Shown here piece by piece: positions 1-12,805 of a DNA stretch of 64,000 bases (the first letter of the stretch is position 1; every line of letters starts with the position of its first letter). Made by a program: the position numbers and the translations under genes. Location: contig OZ316891.1 in assembly GCA_973895155.1 (NCBI GenBank), positions 28,463,145-28,527,144 of the forward strand, read 5' to 3'. This DNA comes from Marsupella aquatica. Lineage: Eukaryota > Plantae > Marchantiophyta. The notes beneath the pieces are model-generated. The model was not told the origin of the DNA. It saw only the letters and a program-made list of their open reading frames with translations, and ran no database searches.

Positions 1-470
1 CATCTGCATCGGGCTCCTCCTCTGGATAGTACTCTACATCATCAAATTCCTTATGGTTTTCACCGGACCCAACATCTTGCCCATCATCTGCAGAATCTGC
101 CATTGATGGAATGTCCTTCACTGCTAGTCTCTCACTGCGTCGTCGAGGTCCACTTGCACTGTCACTAATGCTTTGCCTAGCCCTTCTGTGCACTACACTT
201 CTCCTGTCTGGGAGCCTGCAAGCCATCCAAAAGCAACATCCATTGAACAACTCTAGTAAACATAGCTACATTCATTCCAATTAATGAGCAAAGTTTGGAT
301 AGGTTCTGTGGATGATAATTGTTCCCTTACAAAGCGGAAAATCCCTGTCTGAGCTCAGCTCCCAAAGCTGCCAGCCTCTCATCAACATATGCTGCACGTA
401 TCATGGCTTGCTTTTCAGACTCACTCATCTCATCATCATCTTCTTCCATCCTATTCAATGACAAACATTA
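1..470 (-). pseudogene. Probable 5' exons of the TnpA-like second CACTA gene
   Basis: Lies just downstream of the DUF4216 ORF. Its minus-strand translation (MIRAAYVDERLAAL) resembles the equivalent region of copy 2 (MEQRAYVKAKIAEL, 20194-20394). Confidence 0.45.
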
Positions 471-3400
471 TTGCATACGCATGGTGTCAGGCTCAGCCTC
501 TACAAATGGCTCCTCACCCTCCCAAGCATCCACCCGTGTTAGAGGAACATACTCTGTGCTTGTCTGAACAGTACCAACGTCTCCAGTACGTGGTTGTTCA
601 AATGCACTATGTCTATCTAAATGAAACTCTAGCTTTGAGCCTTCTACCCTACGATTTCTGGGCTGCTTATGACACACTACCCTCCAACCTGGGTTCTCTT
701 CCACATCCAAGAAGAAGGCCTGCTCCACCTGACTGGGATACACAAAAGGCTGCTCCCATTCGGGCAACTTGGACTTGAAATTGGCAAGCAGAAAGCCATC
801 CCGGTCTCTTTTCATACTGGCCCTGTTACCACGCCACACTTGTCTTACCCATTCACCCTTCATCAAAATTACAGGAGTGGATGTGGCTCCATAGTCAAGA
901 AGCCAGATATCGATCACTTAGTTCTCCTACATACCCCATCTGCAACACTCCACTACTTTCATCAGGGCTCTCATGCTGAAATACACAAATGAGCCCACAA
1001 TCATATGTTACCCTGGAAGAAGTTGTTTCATCTCTCACTCTATAGTGATTGCCATATGCTGCCATCCGTTTGTAAGACTTTACCAGCAACCGTGGAGGAT
1101 TGGAGAGGAGATAGACATCTGCATCCATATTAGGATGGCTTGCATGATGCTCTCGAACTGTGCATCTCAGCCATTCTGACATGCATGGGAATGTGGTAGA
1201 CGTGCTTGATTGAATAGCCTTCTGTGCCTCATACTCCCTACACATATAAGTGCATGGATTTAGCAATCAGAGTACACATTCTATACATATCTGCAATTTA
1301 GAAACCAAGGGCAGCAAAGAAAATTGAAAACAAGTTACATACAGGGAGACCAAAGTAGGTACTCACTCCAGCCAGGGTTGCATTGCATCAGTGTTTTCCA
1401 GAACGTACTGATGAGCCAAGTCTCTAATTTCGATGGTCAGCTTCACTGTGGTTGCAGCACCTTGTAGGACTTCCCCAGACACCCCTTCTTCTTCATCAGA
1501 ATTCCATACTCGCCTTGTCACATGCTCGTAATCTGCTAGGTACTCTGTGATGTAGCCCAGAGTTTCATCTTTTATATAACCCCGAGCCATACTTGCCTCT
1601 GGCCTATAGTAAGATCTCACATGACCCTTCATCAACTTCATGTACCGCTCCAGGGGGTACAACCAGCATGCTGTCACCGGCCCGTACTGGTCTATTTCTT
1701 CCACAACATGGATGAGCAGATGAGTCATTACATCAAAGAATGCAGGCGGGAAATATATTTCAAGATCACACAACAATAGTGCCACATCTTTCTTCAATTG
1801 GGGAAACTGTGCAGCATCCCACACCTTCACACAAACTCTGCGGAACACATCACTCAGACGCAGTATAACTTTACGCACAGGCTCTTGCATGAGGCCCCTC
1901 AGGCACAATGGCAGGACTTGTTGCATCATGACATGGTAGTCATGGGTTCATACTACCAAATTGGAATTTGTTATCCTTCACATGCCTCTTGAATGCACTA
2001 GCATAATCTGTGGGAGCTCGGAGTGAACTCAGCCTTGATAAAAAGGTCTGCCACTCTGTGTCTGTGCAACAATATGGTGCTTGGTACTTCAAAAACACGT
2101 TTGCCCTGCTCTGGTGTGATGTAAGCCAAAGGTGGGGTCGAATTCCCCTGTCCTGTAGATCCATACGTACAGAGCCCGTGTCCTTTTCTCCACTCAAAAA
2201 TCGGAGTAGACTCTCGCATATGTTCTTCTCTATGTGCATAACATCAATATTATGTTTGTTTGGATCAAACTCCTGCAACTCCGAAACATCAAGCAGTGAG
2301 CAAATCTCAATCTTCATAATACATACATACTACTTCATACAATCTAACAACTAAATTGACTGAATCACATATATGGGTTGTTGGGGAGAGGAGCTTACTC
2401 GCCAATACTCCAGCTGCAAGTCCAAAATGGACTGTCGTTTCACACCATACAACCTTGCAGGATCCCGTACTCCATCCTCTGCTCCTCCATCTGCATCATA
2501 TTGTGCCTTGGCAGCCCCCCAAGAACTTATTTGCTCCTTCTTCACTCGAGGTGGGGGACTGCGGAGCTCCGTGCGCTTGTTAAAATGTGCTATAAGATTG
2601 GGTCTACGTCTGTAAGGGTGATCAGAGGGCAGAAATCGACGGTGACCAAGGTATTTGATACACTTCAAGGACTTTGAATAGTCACTTGTCACATGGGGGC
2701 CACATCTTGTGCAAGCTAAATATCCTTTCCCAACCTGGCCTGCAATCATGCTATGGGCAGGGTAATCTGCAATAGTCAACATTACAATAGCTCTAAGCAA
2801 GAATGGATTGGCTTCACCAATCCTCTGCAGCATATCATATGTGAGCACTCCAGTGTACCATAGCTTTCTCAGTTCCTCTACTAGAGGAGCGAGATACACA
2901 TCTATATTGGCTGCAACAGCACTGTCTGGCCCTGGAATCAACAATGCCAACATTACAAAGAACCGCTTTGTAGTCAACCATGGGGGAAGGTTGTAATTCA
3001 AAAGGGTTACAGGCCAACAAGAGTACGCATTGTTCTTCTCGCCAAATGGGTTCACCCCATCCAATGATAGCCCAAGCCTAACATTCCTTCTCTCCCTAGC
3101 AAACTCAGGATACGCATCATCAATCAACTTCCATTGCTTTGAATCTCCAGCATGGCGTTGTAGCCCATCTCGACTTTTGTTCTTAGCTGTCCATGTCATC
3201 AACTCTGATATGGCACGGCTCCTGAACATTCTCTGCAGTCTGGGAATTATAGGAAAGTGACGGAGCACTTTTGCAGGTTGCTTGGACTTCCCATTATTCC
3301 GGTACCTGTGCTTCCCACATGTAGGGCATGTCAACTTCTTCTCATGTTCGTTTCTGAAAAGAACATGCCCATCAGGACAGACATGGATTGACTCATAGTT

Positions 3401-4216
3401 CAGCCCAAGTTTTGATATCAGTCTCTTTGCCTCATACATGTTTTTTGGCACTAGATTACCTCCTGGCAGCACTGTTTTCTGCAAGAAGGCCAGAACCTCG
3501 GACACAAAGATGTTTGGCACATTGTGGTTCCCACAAATATTCAGAAACATTAGCACAAATGCTAATTTGGAACAATTGCTTCCTGGGAACAGCGGATTGA
3601 AGGCCTCCTGAACTTCGGTTGGGGAGCCAAACATGGTGTCCACTCCAGCTGCAGCCTGTTGCCCAATCTCAAACTCATCTGAAGACTCGTGGTCATCACC
3701 CGGTGCAGTCTCAAACTCTTCTGCATCTTCCATGTCCTCCCGCATTGCATCCATGTCCTGGAAAATATCATGCACCATTTGCTGAACATTGATCCCTTCG
3801 TCTGCAGGCTGTTGAAGGACTTCGGACCCACCCAGTTGAGTCATCACATCTGCCAACCCACCAGTGAAGAACTGGTCTCGCCTTGCACTATTTGCATTCT
3901 CAAAGTCAGCCCTCCATTCCTCATCCGAAGAATCAGCCTCATTCGGATCGTTTGTAACACGCCAACGAGGGTGTCTCCCATGAATTGCCAAGTGCCCATG
4001 AATCTGCCTCAAGACTCTGGTGTGGGAGCCATTGCATTGAGTGCAAGGACATCTCATTCGTGAACTTGGACCTGACCGTGCCACTTTGGCCTGTTCCCGA
4101 TTCCAGAGCTTCTGGTCGTGTTGGGAAACCCTCATTGGATGATGTAGAGGCAACCTGGCAGATGTTGGATGGGTCCAAGGGGGAGGGTGACCTATGGACA
4201 CTCTTCTAGACTCCAT
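468..4216 (-). pseudogene. CACTA TnpD/Tnp2 transposase (Transposase_21, DUF4218, DUF4216), intron-containing and frameshifted
   Basis: Motifs MRCPCTQC, RNVRLGLSLDGVNPF, YNLPPW, DYPA, HNIDVMHIEKNICES, FPPAFFDVMTHLLIH, WLYPLERYM, PFVYPSQVEQAFF. Introns near 2275-2398 and 1240-1365. Frameshifts near 1940 and 915. Confidence 0.92.
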
Positions 4217-4605
4217 CTTAGAGTTCAGAACACAGGCACTCAGATTTAATTGTCATTTCATTATGAAAGTGGAAAATACATTTCTTGTATAGCTGTGTTC
4301 CGATGTTCACACAATCTACCAAAACATATGACATGATACAGTGTAATAAATCATGCATAGACTTTCTACAACCACCAAAAAACAAACAAGAAAGGTTCCT
4401 GAATTGTGTACCTATTCTCAGGTTACACTGTAACAAAATTCCTAACTATCTCAGGGTGTCACCTCCTTCGCTGTCCTCACTTATACTGCCTCAGTCTGCA
4501 ATGGCCAACCAAGCACGTACATCCATGACCATATCAGAGTCCAATCACCTATAGTCATAGACAAACGTGCTTGGCGTGAGAGCAGTATGAGATCTCCTCA
4601 CGTTA

Positions 4606-5208
4606 TTACCAGAGTTCATCTGGATACCCACCCTGTTCTTGATGGTAGTCACACCTGAGGTACACTGGCATGTACATCAGGTCATCAAGGAGTATGCCCT
4701 GGGCATACCAGGGTGGGGTTCGATCTGTGCCTACAAGAAGTGGTTGTAATGCCCTCCACTGAGGGGAGCTAGCTACCAAGTCCCTCCATTGTGTGCTAAT
4801 TAGTCTATATTTGCAAATGTCTTGTGCGTTTGACCACATAAGAATTCTGGGCCACACATCTGACAGCATTATATCATGTGGCAAACCAGGCAACAAGGAA
4901 GTCCCCACAACATTATGCTCTTCTATTTCATCTGCTGAAAAATAAGATTCATCGTCTCTTGCATCCTCAGGCGGTGCCAAAATATGTTTCAACACCAACC
5001 CATGCAGGAGAGTCCAAACAGTGGCCAGCCATGTGGCAACCCACAGGAGGAGCCTACATAGCGCCGGGTGATGTAGGAAAGGCAACATACCCACCAAAGT
5101 TTGCCGCCAAGATTTGAGCCCACCCCCAGTAAGTTTACAGTGACACCCCCAGGCAGTAGGAAACAACAATCCACCAACAGTAAAATAAGTCCAACTGCGA
5201 CCAACCAT
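4606..5208 (-). CDS. F-box-like protein (CACTA cargo)
   Basis: LLPGLPHDIMLSDVWPRI...ICKYRLISTQWRDLV matches the F-box consensus LP.D....I...L.......R.V...W..L. Hydrophobic N-terminal part. Confidence 0.65.
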   Translation of the reverse strand: MVGRSWTYFTVGGLLFPTAWGCHCKLTGGGLKSWRQTLVGMLPFLHHPALCRLLLWVATWLATVWTLLHGLVLKHILAPPEDARDDESYFSADEIEEHNVVGTSLLPGLPHDIMLSDVWPRILMWSNAQDICKYRLISTQWRDLVASSPQWRALQPLLVGTDRTPPWYAQGILLDDLMYMPVYLRCDYHQEQGGYPDELW

Positions 5209-5299
5209 AACAAGCTACGTTAGTTCAAATATCACATTTATTTAAAAGATGTGATTTGTACAAAAAGCTTGTCTCAAAACTGATGCTACTACGTACTCC

Positions 5300-6172
5300 T
5301 CACTCTGATTCAGAATCGCTAATAACCCCTTCCTCACTTGTTGTCACATAGTTTTCACTGTGAGGATCCTGACCCTTCCGTGGCCAGGCCTCAAAAAGAT
5401 CATAGTCCATTGGGTTTTGACGCTTCCCAGCTGCTACTGATTCCACAAGCCAAGCATATGAAACCACAAACACATTATGGGACATGACATAAAAGCGAAT
5501 GTCACCTTTCCCAAACTTGCGGCAGGCTTTGGGATATGACTTAGTAATGACATGAGTGGTGTCCTCTGTTATATTCTCCTCCACTATCCCACCTAGGTCA
5601 AGCACTGTGGACTTGTACACTTTGCACTTAACCTCTCCAATTCCCGCCTCCACAAAAACCATGCTCAGCCCTTTCAAAATGGGGGTTGGTTGCTTCATCT
5701 CCTCAGCCAACATACTCTTCAGCCTTCTTGAGCTTTGTCCTGTGTTGAGTACAGGTCCATATTGGACATCAGCAAGCCATGCCTTTGCTTCCCAGACTTC
5801 TTGTTTAGCCCAAGCTGATGCAGTAGCTTCTTCATCCTCCCACAATTCATATTGCTCAGTATCCTGTACAATCTGATGTGCTATGGAATCTGTGATCCAA
5901 GAGGCCTCAACTACTTTTAGGCCTCGCTCAGTAATTGCAGAATTCATGTAGGACCATGACCACTTCTTTATCACTGATAGCCATGTCCCTGCAACAACAT
6001 GTGTAGTCTCTGGAGTGATGTCCTGAAGTATAGTGCCATGGAGCTCAGAGAATCGTTTCTGTACAGTTGGCCAATGCACTTTGGTCAACCCATGCTGGCC
6101 ATGGACCAAAATGGGTCTGACCCCTGTAAACACTGCTGGGTGGTCAAACTTCCTACGTTTCCCAGGCTCCAT
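5300..6172 (-). CDS. Tandem-BRCT protein (CACTA cargo)
   Basis: Two repeats with G(G/T)...TTHV(V/I)...VV...W(I/L)xxS BRCT signatures. Open ORF of about 290 aa, conserved in copy 2. Confidence 0.85.
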   Translation of the reverse strand: MEPGKRRKFDHPAVFTGVRPILVHGQHGLTKVHWPTVQKRFSELHGTILQDITPETTHVVAGTWLSVIKKWSWSYMNSAITERGLKVVEASWITDSIAHQIVQDTEQYELWEDEEATASAWAKQEVWEAKAWLADVQYGPVLNTGQSSRRLKSMLAEEMKQPTPILKGLSMVFVEAGIGEVKCKVYKSTVLDLGGIVEENITEDTTHVITKSYPKACRKFGKGDIRFYVMSHNVFVVSYAWLVESVAAGKRQNPMDYDLFEAWPRKGQDPHSENYVTTSEEGVISDSESE

Positions 6173-6756
6173 GTACACACACCCTATGTGATGAGAGTGA
6201 ATATTGGAAGAATGGGTTCACCTGCCAATAGAAGGACACCAAAATTCCTGCTTTTTAAGTTGATCCGGTCCACTGTTGCTCAAGTCCAATTTTGATAGGT
6301 ACAGGGGATATGTGAACAATAAGTACTAGACCTGCACCGATGTAGGACATTGTTTGAGTATATACTAGGAAATCCATATCAAAGGTGAAATGAAGTGCAA
6401 CCAACTTGTCATGGCCGCACATACATATTTTTTTGTAAAGGAGGATACATTCAATGACAAACTTATAGGGCAATTTGATTAATTGCATGCCTGATGCTTA
6501 CAACTTTGAAGTCCTGTTTTAATTTAGCAGTCTGATGAGAGTGTTTGTGAAAATGACCACTCAGTCTAAATACTTCCAAGAAGGCTTGTAAGGATAAGTT
6601 TTTATAGGCATGTACCCAGCCAATAACGCCAGGGCACAGGATAAGTGCTCCCTGTATAAACTCACCTACCCAAGTCCTGTTCAAAATTGGAATCTCTGCA
6701 ATCTCCAAAAATAGTACATCCACATTAGGTGCCCTATGCATGTACAATGTTCAGCT

Positions 6757-7437
6757 TCACAGCCAAGATATGTGATCTCTCACAGGAGTGCGCGAGGTAG
6801 GATCAATGGCATGGCGATGACAATAAAATATCCATCGATCAACACCATGTGCAGAGTGATCATAGATTTCTCTATCACAAGCATAACCTTGTGCTTGACA
6901 ATCTTTCAAGCAATGATAGTGCCACATAGTGGGACACCTAGCATAGTGGACTATGTCAGCCCACTACTCATCATCATGCTCACAACATGCCTTGCACCTA
7001 TGAAGTGGGCAAGCTATGGCATGAGCAGGCAAACACTCAAAACAGAAAAACCTCACACAAAAACGGTCTGGACATTTCCTAACATCCGGTGCAGCATCAA
7101 CAGAGCCCTCATAGGACCCCAACTTCCCACACTGTGCACACTTAGCCTGCTTCTCCAAACAATCAGTGCACATCCAGTCTCCCTGGTGTGTTGACGGGAG
7201 GCCCACCCCTGGACAGTTGTTTTTTGCAGCAAGGTCAGACTCCGGGTTGAGGTGGAAATGCCTCATGCAAGGGCCCTCACAGATGACCAAGCTCCCACCA
7301 TCGTCACAAATGGCACAACAATGAGCTGCCTTCTGGAAAATCTGACTTGCAGAGAAGTTAGTAACATGTGGCCCAGGTACACCTGTGTTGCTCACCTCTA
7401 TCACATGCTTTTTCGCTGGAATTTTGGGGCGTGCCAT
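6757..7437 (-). pseudogene. Stand-alone EDM2-type PHD finger module, one premature TAG at 6964-6966
   Basis: CAICDDGGSLVICEGPCMRHFH ... CPLHRCKAC ... RCPTMWHYHCL ... FYCHRHAIDPTSRTPVRDHI, colinear with my recollection of the Arabidopsis EDM2 PHD region (CAICDNGG...CPLHKC...RCPKSYH...YCQEHEID...TPVRDHV). Confidence 0.82.
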
Positions 7438-8183
7438 ACCTACGCATGAGACAGACAGTACAATTAAGTAGACGGTACAGGCAATACATTTTGGCAAACT
7501 GTACAGACAATGTATTTTAGCAGACTTCACAGAAAGTAAAATTTAGCATTTAAGGTACAAAGGCATTAACTACTGCAATGAATTGCAATGCCCACACAAG
7601 GATGCAGAGCAAACATACTTTTGGTTTGTTGAGCCCACACACAAAACTGAACCCCTAGTACAATTGCTCCACCAACACCTCAAATTCGTGGATGTGATTC
7701 ACCAAAAAAGATCTGCAACAACATTTCATGCATTTGAATCACATACAATAGTCATCACATGAAAAATAGGCATTTTTCCAAAAAGATTGGGATCAAGTAG
7801 TGTGATGAGGGTTGTACTTTATACATCCTATATAGGCTATGATAGTGAGACAAATAAGTCATACGTGTAAGGGATGTTTGCAGGTTATCGCATGGCCCAT
7901 TAATTCTGTCATAGAATGTTACAATGTTGGCCAAGTTAAAGTAGACATTAAAGCAGTCTTTGAATGGAGAATTTAAAGAGAGCTTGCCTAATTCTTACAT
8001 TAGAATATTCCACTTAGTGCAGCCAAAATAGGATAAGTTATATACTCTGGACCCTAAACACTTTACCCAAAATTGCTCATACTTCAAAATTTTAAATTAA
8101 TATCCTCGGTGCTTAAGTCAGAGCATTAAGTGTGAGGTCATTCCACTCTGGTCTGTGCATACGGGGTGACAAACTGTGCTCCT

Positions 8184-8633
8184 CTACAGCGTGTGATCCA
8201 AACATGTGTAGACACCAAAAGCACCAGTGGTGGGGTCTGGGAGGCTAGGACAAGTGACATCGCCAGGCACACTGCAAGATGGTGAGTGGTTCCAGATGAT
8301 ACATTGTGCTCTATGCAAAAATCGACATCCAAGAGAACGGTCATCCAACTCTGGCCAAGATGCCCGACAGGCAGGACAGTCATATTGGCAACTGTGTACA
8401 CACCCTTGGGCCCTAATTTGTGGCGGGTCATGTACGAGAGATAGAAATACCAAGGATGTTGGGAAGGGTGGAGAAGTAGGTACAGGCTGGCTGTAGTTAT
8501 TCCTGGCAACAACAGGGTACTCAAAGTACCATGCAGACTGGGCAGGAAGGATCCCAAGTCTGACATACTCAAGGCGCAACCTCTCTGCCTTGCGTGCAAG
8601 CCGCACATGTTCAGCATTGCGGGTGCTCACCAT
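8184..8633 (-). CDS. Cys/His-rich hypothetical protein (CACTA cargo)
   Basis: ATG-initiated ORF with CxxC and CxxxHxxxC patterns. Homolog in copy 2 at 44933-45280. Confidence 0.5.
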   Translation of the reverse strand: MVSTRNAEHVRLARKAERLRLEYVRLGILPAQSAWYFEYPVVARNNYSQPVPTSPPFPTSLVFLSLVHDPPQIRAQGCVHSCQYDCPACRASWPELDDRSLGCRFLHRAQCIIWNHSPSCSVPGDVTCPSLPDPTTGAFGVYTCLDHTL

Positions 8634-11600
8634 AACTGTTGCTTTTGTTCAGATGTCTTGTGTTCACGTCCTCCAACGTCCTTCGATCAGCAAGGTCAGC
8701 AGGAGCTATAATTGCCTCTCCAACAACCAGAAGAGAGACTAATCAGTTCCCACTCACTGTGTCATTCCCTTGGTTCCAACTAGAGGTCATAGTATAAACA
8801 TAGCATGAAACACTCCTAATGAACAATGTTGCAAACTACAATATCCAGAAAGACTGAAAGTCTCACCCTGCAGTGAGCAACAGAGAGGTAGTTCACTGCT
8901 TGCAAGAGTGAACTGAGCAGGAGTGTAGGCAAACTGGCATTCAGTTGGCACAACTATATTGTGCATCAGCACAAAAGCTCTTATAAACATGATATGCATG
9001 AAACTCGTCGATAAAATAGAAGGAAACTAAAGAGTGGATGCAAAACAAAGTAAATTACAGCATAGGTTGGCACAGGAAGTGGCCCGCAGCCACTCAGTCA
9101 AACTTCATAACCAAAGTACAGACTGTGTTCACAATAAGGAGCTTCCTAAAAAAGAGGCCACCAAAAGGGGGTGGCAGAAAGGTCACTTGACAAAATGAAG
9201 ATGGGAATGAAAAAACTGCCTCCAAGCTCAATACATGTGACCAAATATATATTCAAAGAGGATCCCCAACAGAGCAGAAGACAGTATGATCCCAATTACT
9301 ATGTTCTATCCATAACTACATGATCTGAAAAATGTTATGAGCAGACACGAAGAAGCCAGCAAAATAGAGGAAACAGAGCAAAACAGAGCATGGATCGAGA
9401 AAATGAACAACATCTAGTTCTTACGCAAGAAACTCAATGACAGCAAACAAATTCACTAGCCCCAGGAAGTGAAAAGCAAATGAGTACCAAGCCAACCAAC
9501 TAAGACTGACTATGAAATGCAATGAAACCTGAGTGAAACAATTGTTCACACATGCACGGGACATTGGAGGTTGAATACAGCAGTCACCGCCAAGAATGTA
9601 TGCATGAAACAGACATGAAGATATCGAATATGTATATGCATTCCAGACTTTCATGCCAGACAGTGGCGAAAGTTAAAATGAACTAGTTTTAACTTTATGA
9701 CTCTCAGAATGAAAATATTTTATTTCAGAATTATATTCTATTTCAGAATTGGTTCAACTCTGTGGATTGTGAACTGTCCCACTTGGAATTCAACTATTTG
9801 GGCTATCTAAGAATGCAGTTCAAAGGACATATAGTGCAAGACAGTTAGAGATCATGTCTTCATTTCGACGTCCAATTGGACATTTTATGTCACAAACTGC
9901 GCAAGCAATGAAGTCCATGGAATTCTCTCAAAAATGCAGCTTTTGTTGTTGGTAAAAGCAACTACGAGTTTCCTATTGAGTGCCCCCGACGCACAATACT
10001 ACCAGAGGCCCACTTTAGACTGCGATGGCTATCATTACTTATTGGGAACTTGGATGCATATATATTGAAATGCTTCGCAGAGTGTTTCGACCACAAAAAA
10101 CCTAACATCAATCTCAACATTTAGTCCCGTCTCAGAATTGATTTAGAGGAGGCTTAGCATTCAGTACAGTGTCAACAATCAGTCTTGTCTTCACATTCAA
10201 CATCCGATTGCAAGGGGCTTCGATGAAAGCACAAGATAGAGCTATACAAGAAGAGATAGAGGAAGGCACCTGTGTGTTCGGGGAAAATGTGAAGCTCCAA
10301 AGACCACCCTAAACTCTCCAAGATGTAGGGTCGATGTAGGTTGCAGGTAGAAGCTCACAAGCCAAATATTGGGCAAATGTGGGCTCCAACTGTACTGTAG
10401 TGTGTCGTGGCTTTGCTCTTGCCTCCTATAGCTTAGAATGGGCCGGGGTTACCAAACAACTGTTATTCTATTGAAATTGGCTACCGAGAACTCTTGTCTT
10501 TCTGCACTCAAACAACACCAAAATGAAGTCTTAGTACCAGTGAGACCAAGAACACAAAAGGAAGGGGCACATTCAAAGACAAAGTGATTCATACCACATT
10601 CAAAGACAAAGCGGAAAGAATTGGAAAAACCAGAGTGAAAGAATTGTGAATGAATATCTGTTCACACTGTATGCACAGGATCTTACATTTAGGGTGACTC
10701 TATTTGCAAAAGCCATAAAACAGAGAAACAGAGAAACAGAGACCAGAAAACAGAGAAACAAATTAAGCATGCATCGCTAAAACGTAAAAACTTCATAGTG
10801 TATCATTTCTCTAAACAAAGGGCCACATACTCTAGTCTCTACAGAGAAAGCAAATCCACCTACGATGAGAAGATTGGTACAGAACAGGAGAGAAAAGGGA
10901 GACCAGAACAAATATTTAAAATCAGAACAAGAAGACTGGCAATTTAAGGAACCCCAGGGAGCCTATTGCATTTGAATCACATACAGGACCCTAGCATACT
11001 CATAGTGGGGCACTAGATACTGGGCAAACTCAAGGTAATGGTCAGAATGAAACCAGAAAGGTCTTGAAGTTGCCAGGTCCCGCCTCGTTCCTCTCGCACT
11101 GTGCAGAAAACAAGATGCAGAAAACTAACCTATAGCTCCAACCGGCTGTAGTTGACTGAGCTGCAGCAAGTTGTGAAGACAGGTCGTCCCCAGCGGCACC
11201 TTGTCCCTGCCTTTAGCTCGTCCTTCACCCCAAGTCTTTGAGCTGCTCAACAAACACAGCAGCTCAGCACCACAACTAATAGATGGCTAAATAATGGGAT
11301 CATCTGCAAAGGGAAATGAGCCATGAAGCGAAGGGAAGCGATCAGTTCCGGCACCCAACAGCTGAAATGACCTCACTGACAGTTGGCATCTATGCAGATA
11401 GATCGAGGTCTTGTCACTAAGTTAGACACAATTTATGGTGTGAGTGTGAGTGTGAGTGTGAGGTTCTAGAGAAGGCTAAAGGACCTCTGCAATGCAAAAT
11501 GTGGTGCGAATGGAGCCGCGAGGTGAACAATAAGTTGGTGATAAAACCGGGCAGCATACATAACACCAGACCAAAGACGCAAATGACCAAACCGAAAGAC

Positions 11601-12284
11601 GCTTTCACCAACAATGCATATTCAGGACATGAGTGAATGGAAAGAAGCAAGAGAGATACAGGGATTACAAAAAAAGACTAGGCCCTCGTCTGTCCAGACT
11701 TCTGTAGGACTCCACTAACTCCATTGTCCTTCTCAGATCCCCAAGAAGTCCATGAAGCAACGAAGAACCTGGGCAATGTGACTTAAGGACAGTAGCAACA
11801 GTACATACACATAAGAATGAAAGGCTGGTTTGGGGCAGCACAAGCAAGCAATGCGACCCCCTTTCACTCACCGTCCCACGACCAATGATAACGGATGAAA
11901 AACTAAACCTGAAATGTAGGTCGCGCGTTCGACCTGAAAGTGGTCAGCTCCAAGGCTACCTACCTACCCCTTCGTTGCTCCGCAGCTGAGCTCAATGAAG
12001 TATAGAAAGTGGGTGAGGATCCCGTCCTAGTTCAGCTCCTGTGCCTTCATGGCATTTGAAACAAAAAGAGCCAAAACCAATGCAGAACCTCAGGAGGATG
12101 AACGACTCCCCGACAGAGACTAACTGTCCCTTCTCTCCGGCAGCTCACAAATCCACAATTGCAATGGTTCTGCTCAGTCAGCCAAGAACACCCTAAAATC
12201 TATGAAAACAACGGGCGACAGAGGAGTTTGTAAGTGATTCTCACTTGAAATTCCGCCAGCTGAATCTTCCTTTTTAGAAGGTCT

Positions 12285-12805
12285 GCTAACTCCGCAGAAT
12301 GACTCTCGGATGATTAGAGCAACGTAAGTGGCAGAGCTCCTCCCACCTTCGACCTCCCCAACTCCCCAAAGGTCAGTGGCATCTGCGCAGTCACCTCCTT
12401 CGCACACCGCAATTGACCGAGAATCCCTCCTCCTAAAGCGCACAATGTTATGCCCAAGCGCGATCAGGTGGCAGAGTCGACAACAAATTGAGAAAGAGTA
12501 ACTCGGGAGCGAAGTGATTCAGAGCAGGTGGCTCTTGCTAACTCCGCAGAATGACTAGTAGATGATTAGGGCAGCGTAAGGGCAGAGCTCACTCCATCTG
12601 AATGTCTCTACTCATCATCAAGTAAAGCTTGTCCCACCTTCGACCTCCCCAACTCCCCAAAGGTCAGTGGCATCTGCGCAAACAAAGCGGGAGCACACCG
12701 CAATCGGTTCAATTCCCTCCTCCGAAAGCGCAAAATGTGATGCCCGAGCACGATCAGGTGGCAGAATCGACAGCAGCGAAGTCTTCGAGCAGGTGGCTCT
12801 TGCTT
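12285..12805. repeat. Imperfect direct duplication of ~250-290 bp
   Basis: Shared blocks GCTAACTCCGCAGAATGACT (~12286, ~12537), CCCACCTTCGACCTCCCCAACTCCCCAAAGGTCAGTGGCATCTGCGCA (~12342, ~12632), GAGCAGGTGGCTCTTGCT (~12522, ~12787). Confidence 0.8.

Noticed and set aside
6736-7194. Conserved 152-aa plus-strand ORF (also 43531-43989)
   Set aside because: Antisense shadow of the PHD gene; its conservation follows from high nucleotide identity.
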